From: a virus
Taxonomy: Duplodnaviria > Caudoviricetes
Length of the DNA: 62,020 nucleotides
IMG/VR virus record: IMGVR_UViG_3300032073_000028
Location: 1-62,020 of that record
Strand: one strand, 5' to 3'
Both the position numbers and the translations under genes were made by a program. The notes beneath the pieces are model-generated. The model was not told where the DNA came from. It saw only the letters and a program-made list of their open reading frames with translations, and ran no database searches. Shown one piece after another: positions 39,863-48,747 of the stretch. Every line of letters starts with the position of its first letter. The stretch's first letter is position 1.

Positions 39863-40677
39863 TTTGATAATGGTGCTTTAATTGTCGGATGTGATTCATA
39901 ATCAATTATAGAGTAATCAAACTCACCTTTAAATAAATCTACTGATTTTAATCTAACTGTTGGTAGTTTGTATGAATCTCTTTTAATTTGTTCGTGTGCT
40001 TGTTCTAAATGATTTTTATATAAATGTATATCTCCCAATGAACCAATTAGTTCACCTGGTTTTAATTCTGTTTCTTCACATAGTAAAAGTAGTAACATCC
40101 CATAAGATGCAATATTAAATGGTAACCCTAAGAAAGTATCAACACTTCTCTGATTCCACATTAAAGATAGTTTACCATCGTTTACATAACATTGGAATCC
40201 ATAATGACAAGGAGGTAAAACCATCTTCTCAAGTTCTCCAACATTCCATGCAGATACTATTAATCTTCTACTGTTTGGATTTTCTTTTATGTTTTTAATA
40301 AGGTCTGAAATCTGGTCTATTGATTTTGTATATCCACCATATTCAGCCATCCAACCTCTCCATTGTGCTCCATATACTCTTCCTAAACTTCCATCATCTC
40401 TTCCACTCTTCTTATAATCACCATCCCATATGTGACAATCATTATCTTGAAGGTACTTAATATCTGTTCTTCCTTTTAAGAACCACTTAAGTTCTGTAAA
40501 GATTTGTCTAACTGCCATCTTCTTGGTTGTAAGAAGTGGAAATCCTTTACTCATATCATGTCTGAAAGTTTCTCCAAAGTAAGATAAAGTACCTGTACCA
40601 GTCCTATCTTCTTTTTCTTTTCCATACATTATGAGTTTTCTTAAAAACCCTTGATATTGTTTATCTACTGTATTCAT
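39859..40677 (-). CDS. thyA: Thymidylate synthase
   Basis: DRTGTGT, FPLLTTKK, LPPCH, QRSVD, PFNIASY, HLYKNH; start at 40677 overlaps the upstream TGA (ATGA). Confidence 0.97.
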   Translation of the reverse strand: MNTVDKQYQGFLRKLIMYGKEKEDRTGTGTLSYFGETFRHDMSKGFPLLTTKKMAVRQIFTELKWFLKGRTDIKYLQDNDCHIWDGDYKKSGRDDGSLGRVYGAQWRGWMAEYGGYTKSIDQISDLIKNIKENPNSRRLIVSAWNVGELEKMVLPPCHYGFQCYVNDGKLSLMWNQRSVDTFLGLPFNIASYGMLLLLLCEETELKPGELIGSLGDIHLYKNHLEQAHEQIKRDSYKLPTVRLKSVDLFKGEFDYSIIDYESHPTIKAPLSN

Positions 40678-40832
40678 GATGCTGTTATTAATATATAGAG
40701 TACGCAACCAATTAATCCTACAAGAGATACAAATGCAATCTTATAGTTTGATTCCATTTGTTTTCTACTTCTTCCTTGATTTCTAATTTCTTCTAATTGT
40801 TTTTCTACTATTTTTTTTGTTCTTTCATTCAT
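40674..40832 (-). CDS. Small protein with C-terminal TM helix (52 aa)
   Basis: MNERTKKIVEKQLEEIRNQGRSRKQMESNYKIAFVSLVGLIGCVLYILITAS; overlaps both neighbours. Confidence 0.6.
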   Translation of the reverse strand: MNERTKKIVEKQLEEIRNQGRSRKQMESNYKIAFVSLVGLIGCVLYILITAS

Positions 40833-41772
40833 AACTTGATGTATTTAATAATCCACTATACTCACATTTATTTGAAGTGATGTAAGGTAATATGGATAGT
40901 TCTTTAGCTTTAGCCTCAACCATAACATCAACATCATTACCATATAGATTAGGTAAATCGTTAATATAATCAGAGTGAGCCTGTTCTTTAATCTTTTCGT
41001 TACCTTCGTGTAATCGTTTAGATTCTGAATAGTGTACTATTGGTTTGATACCTTTTGGCCAAGTTGATATTGCCAACTCAAGTGCCTCTTGTTCTGTTAA
41101 TCCACCTGTACAAAACTGATGGTGATGATAATCAAATACAATAGGAATACCAATTCTTTTATGTATGTACATCAAATCTTTTACTGAGTACATAGATGCT
41201 TTATCATCATTCTCTACTGTTAATCTACCTTGTACTGCTGGAGAGAGTTTCTCAAAGTTCTTACAGAATCTATCCATGGCAGATAATTTATCACCATATA
41301 CACCATTACAATGAATGTTTAGTTTGTTGTATGGAGTACGAGATAATCCCAACATATCAAATACTTTACCATGTAATTCTAAATCGGTAATAGTGTTTTC
41401 TACTACATGCTCTCTTGGAGATACTAATACATTGAAGGGGCCGGGATGTGATGTAATACGAATACCATTATCAGTAGCATAATTACCACATGCCTGAAGT
41501 ATAGTTTTGATTCGTAAATAGTATGGAGAGTTTTCAATACCATATTCTGAAGCCCATGGAAATAAATCAGAAGATAATCTGAAACATTTTATGTTATGTT
41601 CGTTGTTCCATTGTAATATAGTAAATAAATCTCTAACATTTTGTAGAGATAACTCACCAGCATAATCAACACCCTTTTCTAAAAAGGTTCGTTTAATCAT
41701 ACTTCTGTTTGTTGTGATTCTTGGTTTCTGTTTACCAAGTGTCATATTAATACAAGCGTATCCTAAATTCAT
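40825..41772 (-). CDS. uvsE: UV damage endonuclease
   Basis: LGYACIN, FRLSS, HPG.F.VL, ENDD, FDYHH, HYSES, AHSD, VEAKAKE. Confidence 0.95.
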   Translation of the reverse strand: MNLGYACINMTLGKQKPRITTNRSMIKRTFLEKGVDYAGELSLQNVRDLFTILQWNNEHNIKCFRLSSDLFPWASEYGIENSPYYLRIKTILQACGNYATDNGIRITSHPGPFNVLVSPREHVVENTITDLELHGKVFDMLGLSRTPYNKLNIHCNGVYGDKLSAMDRFCKNFEKLSPAVQGRLTVENDDKASMYSVKDLMYIHKRIGIPIVFDYHHHQFCTGGLTEQEALELAISTWPKGIKPIVHYSESKRLHEGNEKIKEQAHSDYINDLPNLYGNDVDVMVEAKAKELSILPYITSNKCEYSGLLNTSSYE

Positions 41773-41789
41773 ATTTTAAGTTTTATATT

Positions 41790-41823
41790 AGCTAATATAC
41801 AAATAAAAAATGAAATATCCAAA
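41790..41823 (-). promoter_or_regulatory. Early promoter (copy 3)
   Basis: TTTG-N20-TATATTAG-CT. Confidence 0.8.
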
Positions 41824-41834
41824 TAATTTTGAAT

Positions 41835-42911
41835 TTATTTTTGCTTAATATTTTTTGACCAATATTGTACAGCCTTTGGGTCATTCTGCCAAAGTTTTTT
41901 TATTCTCCAATCGAATAGTGGATGTTCATAATATGGTTTACCACCGAACAATTCTGCTTTTCTAGCAGCAGTTACTAAAGGTGAACCCATATTATCCATT
42001 GAAGCCTTTTCTTCTTTTTTTGAAAAAGTTTTCTTTTTTTCTTTTGGTTCTTCTTCTAAATCTTTTATATCTTCTCCATATAGTTCTCTTCTTTGAACTA
42101 CTTTCTTCTTATCCACAATACCCCTATCAACTTGTAAAGCGTTGTTAAATGCAATTACAAGTGCAACTGCGAGTGGGTCGAATACAAAGATAATAATTAG
42201 AATAAACCAATTGATAATAACATCCATAGGTCTATCTAACAATCCACTAAGATATTGTAGTGGGCCTAGTTCAGATGAAACTCCTTCCATTGATTCAACC
42301 TCTAGTATTTTTAATTGAATTGATTGTAAGGAATCAGCTGCTACTTCTCGTTTCGCCTGAACACTCTTACGATTCTCTTCTTCAACTTCGATACGCTTTT
42401 GTGAAATCCTAAGTTCGGAAGTAGAGATGGTTCGTCTAACGCCCCCAACCACCGAGGTGTCTCGTACTTCGATTGATTGAGATTTTGCATTAGAAAGAGT
42501 ACTAATGTTACTGCTAATTCTTTTAAGTTCCTCATCATATCTTATAACATCATCACCCCAAAACTTTTCTTTTTGTTCTAGGAATGCTAATTGTTTTTCT
42601 TTTATACTGAATTGATTAAATGTATCTTGAAATGCAGAAGTTAGAAATCCATATATACCTAATGAGGTAATTAGAATTAAAATAATAACTGCACCACTTA
42701 GATACAATCTAAATGATTTATTTATCTTATCCCAATAGTTGTATAGATAACCAGCAGTTATAAGTTTGGCTAGTTCTAATGAACTTGCCATAACAATCAC
42801 AGATAGTGCTGCTCCAGCAAATAGTTTAGATAAACCACTTACCGAAAAGAACGCTGCATTAAATGCTACGAACAATGCGGATAATCCTAATAGTAAGGTT
42901 CTAAATTTCAT
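41835..42911 (-). CDS. Membrane protein with coiled coil
   Basis: Three N-terminal TMs, coiled coil, then IFVFDPLAV TM; common large-phage family. Confidence 0.7.
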   Translation of the reverse strand: MKFRTLLLGLSALFVAFNAAFFSVSGLSKLFAGAALSVIVMASSLELAKLITAGYLYNYWDKINKSFRLYLSGAVIILILITSLGIYGFLTSAFQDTFNQFSIKEKQLAFLEQKEKFWGDDVIRYDEELKRISSNISTLSNAKSQSIEVRDTSVVGGVRRTISTSELRISQKRIEVEEENRKSVQAKREVAADSLQSIQLKILEVESMEGVSSELGPLQYLSGLLDRPMDVIINWFILIIIFVFDPLAVALVIAFNNALQVDRGIVDKKKVVQRRELYGEDIKDLEEEPKEKKKTFSKKEEKASMDNMGSPLVTAARKAELFGGKPYYEHPLFDWRIKKLWQNDPKAVQYWSKNIKQK

Positions 42912-42924
42912 GTGATTTCCCTTT

Positions 42925-43104
42925 CTAAGAGATATCTATCATTTCTCTTGTTTGGTCTGTTAGTTTTGAAACTTCTTGTATGAGTTGTCGTGCAAGTGAG
43001 TTATCAATTTTTCGTACACCAGTAATCCCATCATCCAAGATTTTGGTACGAGAGGAGATTCCTTCTAGTAAGTTGTAAACCTTTTGTTTATAAACATCTT
43101 TCAT
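42925..43104 (-). CDS. Hypothetical protein (59 aa)
   Basis: MKDVYKQKVYNLLEGISSRTKILDDG...; fills the gap. Confidence 0.65.
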   Translation of the reverse strand: MKDVYKQKVYNLLEGISSRTKILDDGITGVRKIDNSLARQLIQEVSKLTDQTREMIDIS

Positions 43105-43146
43105 AATAATATAGTTTATTGTATAATAATAAATATTGTATATATA

Positions 43147-43173
43147 AAAAAAGGGGATTTTTTGAACCCCCTC
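43147..43173 (-). terminator. Intrinsic terminator after hsp20
   Basis: GGGGGTT-loop-AATCCCC followed by TTTTTT. Confidence 0.65.
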
Positions 43174-43197
43174 TTTATTAGCCAGTATAAATATGTG

Positions 43198-43575
43198 TTA
43201 GTAAGAAATCTTTAAGGATTTACCTTTTTTATTAGTTTTCTTGTCAATTAGGAGAATAAGCAACCCATTATCAAACTTAGCTGTAGATTTAGTTCCATCG
43301 TAATCTTTGCCTACTGTAAGAGTTAAATCTATTTCTTTTACATATACAGAAGAATTCTCTTCTTTGTTAGATTTAATTTTAATCTCTTCTTCAGTAACAT
43401 CTACTGTAATATTCTTTGGGTCATGACCTATAACTGGTATTGTAACTTGTTGTTTACCATCATCTAATGTAGTTACATCAAATGTGTTATTTGCGTTATG
43501 GTAATGTCTTGGTTTGTAATCGGTGTTTAAAAAGACCTCATCTACGAAGTCGTTAAAGGTGTTAAGTGTGTACAT
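43198..43575 (-). CDS. Small heat-shock protein (Hsp20)
   Basis: Alpha-crystallin pattern: V.G.DP..I.V...AKFDNGLLIL.I.K. Confidence 0.85.
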   Translation of the reverse strand: MYTLNTFNDFVDEVFLNTDYKPRHYHNANNTFDVTTLDDGKQQVTIPVIGHDPKNITVDVTEEEIKIKSNKEENSSVYVKEIDLTLTVGKDYDGTKSTAKFDNGLLILLIDKKTNKKGKSLKISY

Positions 43576-43614
43576 AATTTATTTTTAATTTAATTTAACA
43601 TTCACTCTATATAG

Positions 43615-43687
43615 TACCAATATCGTACCATTCAATATCACATGACAGTATGTCAGTATTTTTTCTTTTTATCATGACAGTATGTCA
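43615..43687 (-). promoter_or_regulatory. Sigma54-like promoter with two palindromic upstream sites before hsp20
   Basis: TGGTACGATATTGGTA (43630-43615; GG-N10-GT) and TGACAGTATGTCA at 43643-43655 and 43675-43687. Confidence 0.55.
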
Positions 43688-43688
43688 G

Positions 43689-44348
43689 TTAGAATGGTTT
43701 TGAATCTTCCCACTCTTTTCTTTCTTGTCTACAACTCAAGTGGTCTGCCCAATGTAGAACATATGGTAAATCAGTTTTTAATCCATACTCAGGACTTCTT
43801 GCCATGAAATATGGTTTTGTTGCTTCGTTATATAATCCATCCGCTAACATTATACCGAGTTGTTCTTTCTCATTGTATTTAATACCATAGTTGTTTAGAA
43901 GGTTTAATGCACGATGAGTAACATCCATATAGTTTATTTCATCATTGTGTTTATAAACTCTTCCTAAATTTTTTCTATGCCAATCTGATGTTTCTGAAAC
44001 ATAAAGTGGTCCTTCACTATTTCCTAGTTTACCTAAATCGTGATGAAACGCAGCAAACAATAATTCTTCATCAGTAAAATCTACCTTTACTCCACCTTCT
44101 TCATATACCTTCTTTAACTTAAATGCATTTCTTGCTACATTTAGTACATGGTCTATATAACCACCAGCATATGCTGAATGAAATTGTAATCTACCACTTG
44201 CTGGTGCAATTGCAAGTTCTTGTCCTAATTCTTTTTCTGAGTACATATGTAAAAGATTTGTTAATCTTTCACCTTTAAATACTTTTTTTAATGCATCTAT
44301 AAACTTATCATAGTTTTTAGATAGTTGTTCTGCTGTATAGTTTTTCAT
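43689..44348 (-). CDS. HD-domain hydrolase
   Basis: APAS...FH.AY.GG..DH...FHHDLGK...H.AD. Confidence 0.85.
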   Translation of the reverse strand: MKNYTAEQLSKNYDKFIDALKKVFKGERLTNLLHMYSEKELGQELAIAPASGRLQFHSAYAGGYIDHVLNVARNAFKLKKVYEEGGVKVDFTDEELLFAAFHHDLGKLGNSEGPLYVSETSDWHRKNLGRVYKHNDEINYMDVTHRALNLLNNYGIKYNEKEQLGIMLADGLYNEATKPYFMARSPEYGLKTDLPYVLHWADHLSCRQERKEWEDSKPF

Positions 44349-44659
44349 TATTTATAAATTGATTGTTTAGTTAGCATTTCATATAATACTTCTATTTCTT
44401 CTTCTGTTTGACATAACCCTAATCCATTTAACTCATTTAGTTCAACTATAAACTCTCCTTCATTTAGGGCTTTTAATTTTTGATTTGATGGGCTAGATAT
44501 AAAACAAGGAGTATATGGGTCTCTACTATGTTTGGGTAAAGCACATATCCAAAATGAATATGTATTACCTTTTATATCTTCTTCTTTTTCTTCTGTCCAC
44601 CCTTGTTTCTTAAATGTTTCTTGGGTGATAGGAGTACCTCGTAGTTTTATAGGTATCAT
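44348..44659 (-). CDS. Hypothetical protein
   Basis: 103-aa ORF overlapping its neighbours. Confidence 0.7.
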   Translation of the reverse strand: MIPIKLRGTPITQETFKKQGWTEEKEEDIKGNTYSFWICALPKHSRDPYTPCFISSPSNQKLKALNEGEFIVELNELNGLGLCQTEEEIEVLYEMLTKQSIYK

Positions 44660-45135
44660 TCTAGTACTATGTTTATTGATTTAGTTATATACCACTCGTT
44701 TATGGTTGCTGTTAATCTTAATGTATCTCCTATGTGGTTTTGTGTTGGTGCTATAATTGTGTTTATCTCACCTTCATCACCTACATAAGAACAACAATTA
44801 GTTGTAGATACTAATTCGTTTTGATGTGTCCAATATAAATTACTTTCCCAACCTATTTTAGTTGGTTCGGTAACATAACGAACTCTACCTGTTACTCTAT
44901 GAATTGTTTGCCATGAACTATCACTTAAATCTAAATGATAAAATCCATTTCCATCTATTGGTAACCTACCATCTAATTCCATGATTGGTGTTTGTGGTTC
45001 TATATATAGTTCATCATCTGGTGAACAACCCCACATGAATCCTAATAAGAAAAATAATCCTATCAGAAATCCTATATATAGTAAGGAATCAATAGCATAC
45101 TTTTCAGTTAATTTTTTTCTACGCTCGTCTCGCAT
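44656..45135 (-). CDS. Putative lipoprotein/membrane-anchored protein
   Basis: Hydrophobic stretch ending WGC, then acidic SPDDE (Bacteroidota-type lipoprotein pattern). Confidence 0.55.
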   Translation of the reverse strand: MRDERRKKLTEKYAIDSLLYIGFLIGLFFLLGFMWGCSPDDELYIEPQTPIMELDGRLPIDGNGFYHLDLSDSSWQTIHRVTGRVRYVTEPTKIGWESNLYWTHQNELVSTTNCCSYVGDEGEINTIIAPTQNHIGDTLRLTATINEWYITKSINIVLE

Positions 45136-45138
45136 ATT

Positions 45139-45621
45139 TTATAATAATTCAGTTAATACTTTATCCCAATTATGAAACTCATTCCATTTTTTGTTTTCAT
45201 AATCCCAACCGAACTGTATGTGTTCTCCTTTGAAATCACCAGCTCCATTTTTTATTCTATCATCAATTAGGTAATCGCCTATCAACAAATCTTTTCTATG
45301 TGTTGTAAAAATCTTTTTATGAAACATTAACCCGAAATGTTTTTCTATCCAATATCTTTTATCAGTTAAAGAATCTGGATTACCCCAAGGTGCAGCAGTC
45401 GCGATAAACATATCATATTTATCTGATTCATATAGTTTGTGAACTGCCTCAATACAATCCTCGTAAGGTGGTGGGTCTCTGAATATACCTGGTATATGGT
45501 CAGGACAGTTTTCGAATTTCTTTTCTAAATGTGGATTATCTACAAAAAATTGTTTGTAGTGTGTTTCTAAATCAACTAACACACCATCCATATCTATGTA
45601 TAATATTTTTTTATGATTCAT
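45139..45621 (-). CDS. 5'(3')-deoxyribonucleotidase (HAD, NT5C-like)
   Basis: IDMDGVLVD, K..W, GDYLIDDR. Confidence 0.9.
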   Translation of the reverse strand: MNHKKILYIDMDGVLVDLETHYKQFFVDNPHLEKKFENCPDHIPGIFRDPPPYEDCIEAVHKLYESDKYDMFIATAAPWGNPDSLTDKRYWIEKHFGLMFHKKIFTTHRKDLLIGDYLIDDRIKNGAGDFKGEHIQFGWDYENKKWNEFHNWDKVLTELL

Positions 45622-45928
45622 ATGAAAATCCTATTTGTAAATCTGATAATACATTTGCCAACATATCATTCATCATTTGGTTTTCTTTTTTATTTTGGTA
45701 GTATTTTTGTTTTCTTACTATCTTGTTTTGTTTCTTAACAATCTCATTAAGAGCAGATATTACATCTTTTTTAGTATCACCGATGATTCCAACTCTCCAC
45801 TTTACTCCATCAATAGTAAGTGTATCTCCTAAGTTTCTCTCCCACTTAGATAACATATATTGAACACCAGTCAACATAGTTTCACTTTCATTCATTTTTA
45901 CTAATCCTAAATTCATTTCTTTTAACAT
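45611..45928 (-). CDS. Hypothetical early protein
   Basis: 105 aa; directly behind early promoter 4. Confidence 0.7.
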   Translation of the reverse strand: MLKEMNLGLVKMNESETMLTGVQYMLSKWERNLGDTLTIDGVKWRVGIIGDTKKDVISALNEIVKKQNKIVRKQKYYQNKKENQMMNDMLANVLSDLQIGFSYES

Positions 45929-45957
45929 ATTTTTCTCTTTTTATCTCAATCTTACAT

Positions 45958-45991
45958 AGCTAATATACGAAAAATATATTAGACTACCAAA
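45958..45991 (-). promoter_or_regulatory. Early promoter (copy 4)
   Basis: TTTG-N20-TATATTAG-CT followed by leader ATGTAAGATTGAGA. Confidence 0.8.
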
Positions 45992-45995
45992 TTTT

Positions 45996-46190
45996 TTACT
46001 GGTTTTTTTGCAAATGTGCGTGGAATCCTAATACTGGTTTATGGTTAACCTTATCTATTATATACTTTAGTTTTACTTCTTTCTGAGTAATCATAGCTTT
46101 GGTAACCTCTAAGGTTTCTACATCGAATTCATTTTCTACCCAATCTTTGAATAGATAGGTTAGTAGTTTAGATTTAATTGTTTTAATCAT
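45996..46190 (-). CDS. Hypothetical early protein
   Basis: 64-aa ORF. Confidence 0.65.
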   Translation of the reverse strand: MIKTIKSKLLTYLFKDWVENEFDVETLEVTKAMITQKEVKLKYIIDKVNHKPVLGFHAHLQKNQ

Positions 46191-46208
46191 ATTTTAGGTT
46201 TTAAATTA

Positions 46209-46436
46209 TTATCTGTATAGAGTTACAACTGAACCGAACTCATCATCGAATATTTTAACTAAGTTTTCGTAATCTGAACTCATCATTTTTTCTAACATCT
46301 CTGTGATATAAGAACTACTCATACCAACTTGTTTACCGAATCTTTTAGCATATCCCATAAGAACAAACGCGTTACCATCGGGTCCAGTCAAATCGATTTC
46401 AATTCCTCTATTTAATTTTTCTTTACTTTTAATCAT
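46209..46436 (-). CDS. Conserved phage hypothetical protein
   Basis: IDLTGPDGNAF.L...M.S.DY..L...F motif common in phage early genes. Confidence 0.75.
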   Translation of the reverse strand: MIKSKEKLNRGIEIDLTGPDGNAFVLMGYAKRFGKQVGMSSSYITEMLEKMMSSDYENLVKIFDDEFGSVVTLYR

Positions 46437-46446
46437 TTAATTTATT

Positions 46447-46596
46447 TTAAAGTTTAATATTGTTTACTGTTTGAATTTCGTTAAGTACTGAATACATAAT
46501 TTTTGGATTCATCATTGAACTCATTAGTTCAAAGTCACCAATAAAGTTTTTGTTTAACAACACTTTTTCTAATTCACTTCTTGATATTTCTTTCAT
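46447..46596 (-). CDS. Hypothetical early protein (49 aa)
   Basis: MKEISRSELEKVLLNKNFIGDF...; directly behind early promoter 5. Confidence 0.6.
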   Translation of the reverse strand: MKEISRSELEKVLLNKNFIGDFELMSSMMNPKIMYSVLNEIQTVNNIKL

Positions 46597-46613
46597 AACT
46601 CTCAATCTTACAT

Positions 46614-46647
46614 AGCTAATATAAGAAAAATAATCGAGACTTCCAAA
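46614..46647 (-). promoter_or_regulatory. Early promoter (copy 5)
   Basis: TTTG-N20-TATATTAG-CT with the shared leader. Confidence 0.8.
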
Positions 46648-46673
46648 TTTTTTCGGGCTTTTTTTGCAACTAT

Positions 46674-47357
46674 TTATATGGCGTTTCTATTACCATATTG
46701 TCTATATTTACTGCGTGGATGTAAATAATCGTTTAGTTCAAATGGGTCTAAATCTAATTCCCATTTGTTTATTATTTCAAAAGATTCTATTCTATCCTCA
46801 CCATATAAATCTTCATAGTATGTTATTGGAATATTTAATTGTTCAGATATTACTTTAATAGATTCGTGATGTTGGTCAAATTTATATCTTATAGGTGATT
46901 GTAAATCTATAAAATCTTGTGGGATTGTTTCCCAATGCCATTTATCGTGTGAATTTTTAACAAACTTGGGTTCTTTTGTTCTATCACCTGGCCAGGGTTC
47001 TTTGTGTACTTGATAGAATCTGTACATAAGATTTAACCAACTCTCCCAATGTTCTTGAATATTTTTTCTACTTAATAGAATTACTTTATCAAACTCTTTA
47101 GACCAATCAACATAAAACCCTTGCATTTCTTCATCGGTGTTTACATTTAGGTGGAGTGGTGTTTGATTTATTAAACATTTAATAACCACATTACCTTTAT
47201 CTTCTAATACTTTCAGAGGCCATTTGAACTCTTTGAATTCTTTAAAGATGGGTCTATGATAAAAAGGCTCTGATACCCTTACATCGAATTGTTCTGCGAT
47301 ACCATTTAATAATGATGATGTGCCTGTTCTACCTATACCTAATATTAATACTTTCAT
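46674..47357 (-). CDS. P-loop sulfotransferase-like protein
   Basis: ILGIGRTGTSSL...EPF...ILLSRKN...S...YEDL (Stf0-like pattern). Confidence 0.65.
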   Translation of the reverse strand: MKVLILGIGRTGTSSLLNGIAEQFDVRVSEPFYHRPIFKEFKEFKWPLKVLEDKGNVVIKCLINQTPLHLNVNTDEEMQGFYVDWSKEFDKVILLSRKNIQEHWESWLNLMYRFYQVHKEPWPGDRTKEPKFVKNSHDKWHWETIPQDFIDLQSPIRYKFDQHHESIKVISEQLNIPITYYEDLYGEDRIESFEIINKWELDLDPFELNDYLHPRSKYRQYGNRNAI

Positions 47358-48016
47358 GCATATTCTTGTAACAACCTTAATATTTCATCTAATGATTCGT
47401 GTCTGTGATTATCTAGTAAATTAACCGAATACACATATTGTGATTCTTTTACCTTTGGTACTTCGTGTATTGCAGAGTCATTTGGAAACTTTAAATCAAT
47501 CTGTTGTGGGTCTCCAGTTAGTATCATTGTAGAACCCTTTCCTAACCTACCTAGTACCATACTAAGTTGTTGTTTTGTTAAGTTTTGGAATTCATCTACA
47601 ATAACAACTGCATTTTCAAAAGTTCTTCCTCTAAAATGTGATAGAGATACCAATTCAATGTTTTCATCCGATTCCATCTTTTGTAGTATATTTGGTTTAT
47701 TATAAACCTTTCTCATATTAGAACGAATTGGAACTAACCAAGGCTCCATCTTTTCATCAAGTGAGCCAGGTAGATATCCATTATCTTCATTTGATACTGT
47801 TGGTCTTGTTATAATAATTTGATTAATCTTTCTTTGAAAGAACATATCTAAACCTATTTGAACTGCAAGTAGGGTTTTACCACTACCAGCCTTTCCTACT
47901 ACAAAGTTGTAGGGATGATATAAGATGTTTGTCTTTGCCATCTTTTGTTCTTCTGATAGGTTTATTGAAAACTTTACCTTACCTTTTGGTGGTACTTTAC
48001 TTGTATTTAGAGTCAT
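47354..48016 (-). CDS. phoH: PhoH-like ATPase
   Basis: GKAGSGKT, ITRP, GYLPG...EK..PW..P, RGRTF, VDEFQN, GD..QID. Confidence 0.95.
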   Translation of the reverse strand: MTLNTSKVPPKGKVKFSINLSEEQKMAKTNILYHPYNFVVGKAGSGKTLLAVQIGLDMFFQRKINQIIITRPTVSNEDNGYLPGSLDEKMEPWLVPIRSNMRKVYNKPNILQKMESDENIELVSLSHFRGRTFENAVVIVDEFQNLTKQQLSMVLGRLGKGSTMILTGDPQQIDLKFPNDSAIHEVPKVKESQYVYSVNLLDNHRHESLDEILRLLQEYA

Positions 48017-48025
48017 TTGATTTCC

Positions 48026-48565
48026 TTATCTTTTATAATTTTTTATAAAGTTAAATTGTCTACCACCTATTTTGTGGCAAATCTTTATAGGAGCTTTATT
48101 CCAGCTATCCATGTAACCGTACATATAATCGTGTTCATTTAAAAACATTCTAAACCCATAGTTGTACATTTGTACTCCAGTAGTTCTTGGTATTTTTAAA
48201 TCTTTGCGTATATAAGTTCCTCCCCAATATATTGAGTTCTTAGTTGGTAATGGGTGTACTTCGTTTATCCAATCATATGTAAATACATTAGAAAACCATC
48301 CCCACCCAATTACTTCGTTAAAGTTTTCGTGGAAAAATAAAGTTGATTTAGATACTCCATCTAATCTTTTTTCAATATCTTCAATAGTAGGTCTATCATC
48401 CCAATCAGATAATTGCTCATCAATAGATGATATGATATTTTTAAAGTGAATTTCTGATTCAGTAGTTAATGTATCAACTACTTCTATTCTAAATGAATCA
48501 TCGAAACTTAATGGAGTAAACTCACTTTTATGAATTTGCATTTCATAAAAATCATTTTTTCGCAT
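48026..48565 (-). CDS. GNAT-like acyltransferase
   Basis: IGWGWF...YI...G..M...Y.D.WNKAPIKICHKIG resembles GNAT motifs A/B; late box upstream. Confidence 0.45.
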   Translation of the reverse strand: MRKNDFYEMQIHKSEFTPLSFDDSFRIEVVDTLTTESEIHFKNIISSIDEQLSDWDDRPTIEDIEKRLDGVSKSTLFFHENFNEVIGWGWFSNVFTYDWINEVHPLPTKNSIYWGGTYIRKDLKIPRTTGVQMYNYGFRMFLNEHDYMYGYMDSWNKAPIKICHKIGGRQFNFIKNYKR

Positions 48566-48604
48566 AGTAATAACAATTATACTTGTTCTACTATAAATAT
48601 AATA

Positions 48605-48742
48605 TTATAGGTGTTTTGCTTTGAAATAAGTAATAAAAGTAGAAATTAAATTAGTAACCTGAGTTTGTTCATCGCTACTTAGAGCGTGTGTAGTTCTACC
48701 TGTTGTTCTATTTGTTTTTTTGTATATAGTTGGTTTACTCAT
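48605..48742 (-). CDS. Small basic protein (45 aa) directly after the HINT protein
   Basis: MSKPTIYKKTNRTTGRTTHALSSDEQTQVTNLISTFITYFKAKHL; starts 5 nt after the upstream stop. Confidence 0.65.
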   Translation of the reverse strand: MSKPTIYKKTNRTTGRTTHALSSDEQTQVTNLISTFITYFKAKHL

Positions 48743-48747
48743 GATTC

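Noticed and set aside
39859-40677. ThyA as a dCMP hydroxymethylase partner for the carbamoyltransferase (5hmC carbamoylation)
   Set aside because: It keeps the dUMP-specifying Asn in PFNIASY, so it looks like ordinary thymidylate synthase; a hydroxymethylase could still lie outside the window.
43186-43194. Late box just after hsp20
   Set aside because: It points straight into the terminator about 15 nt away, so it is likely a chance match and was not counted as a functional promoter.
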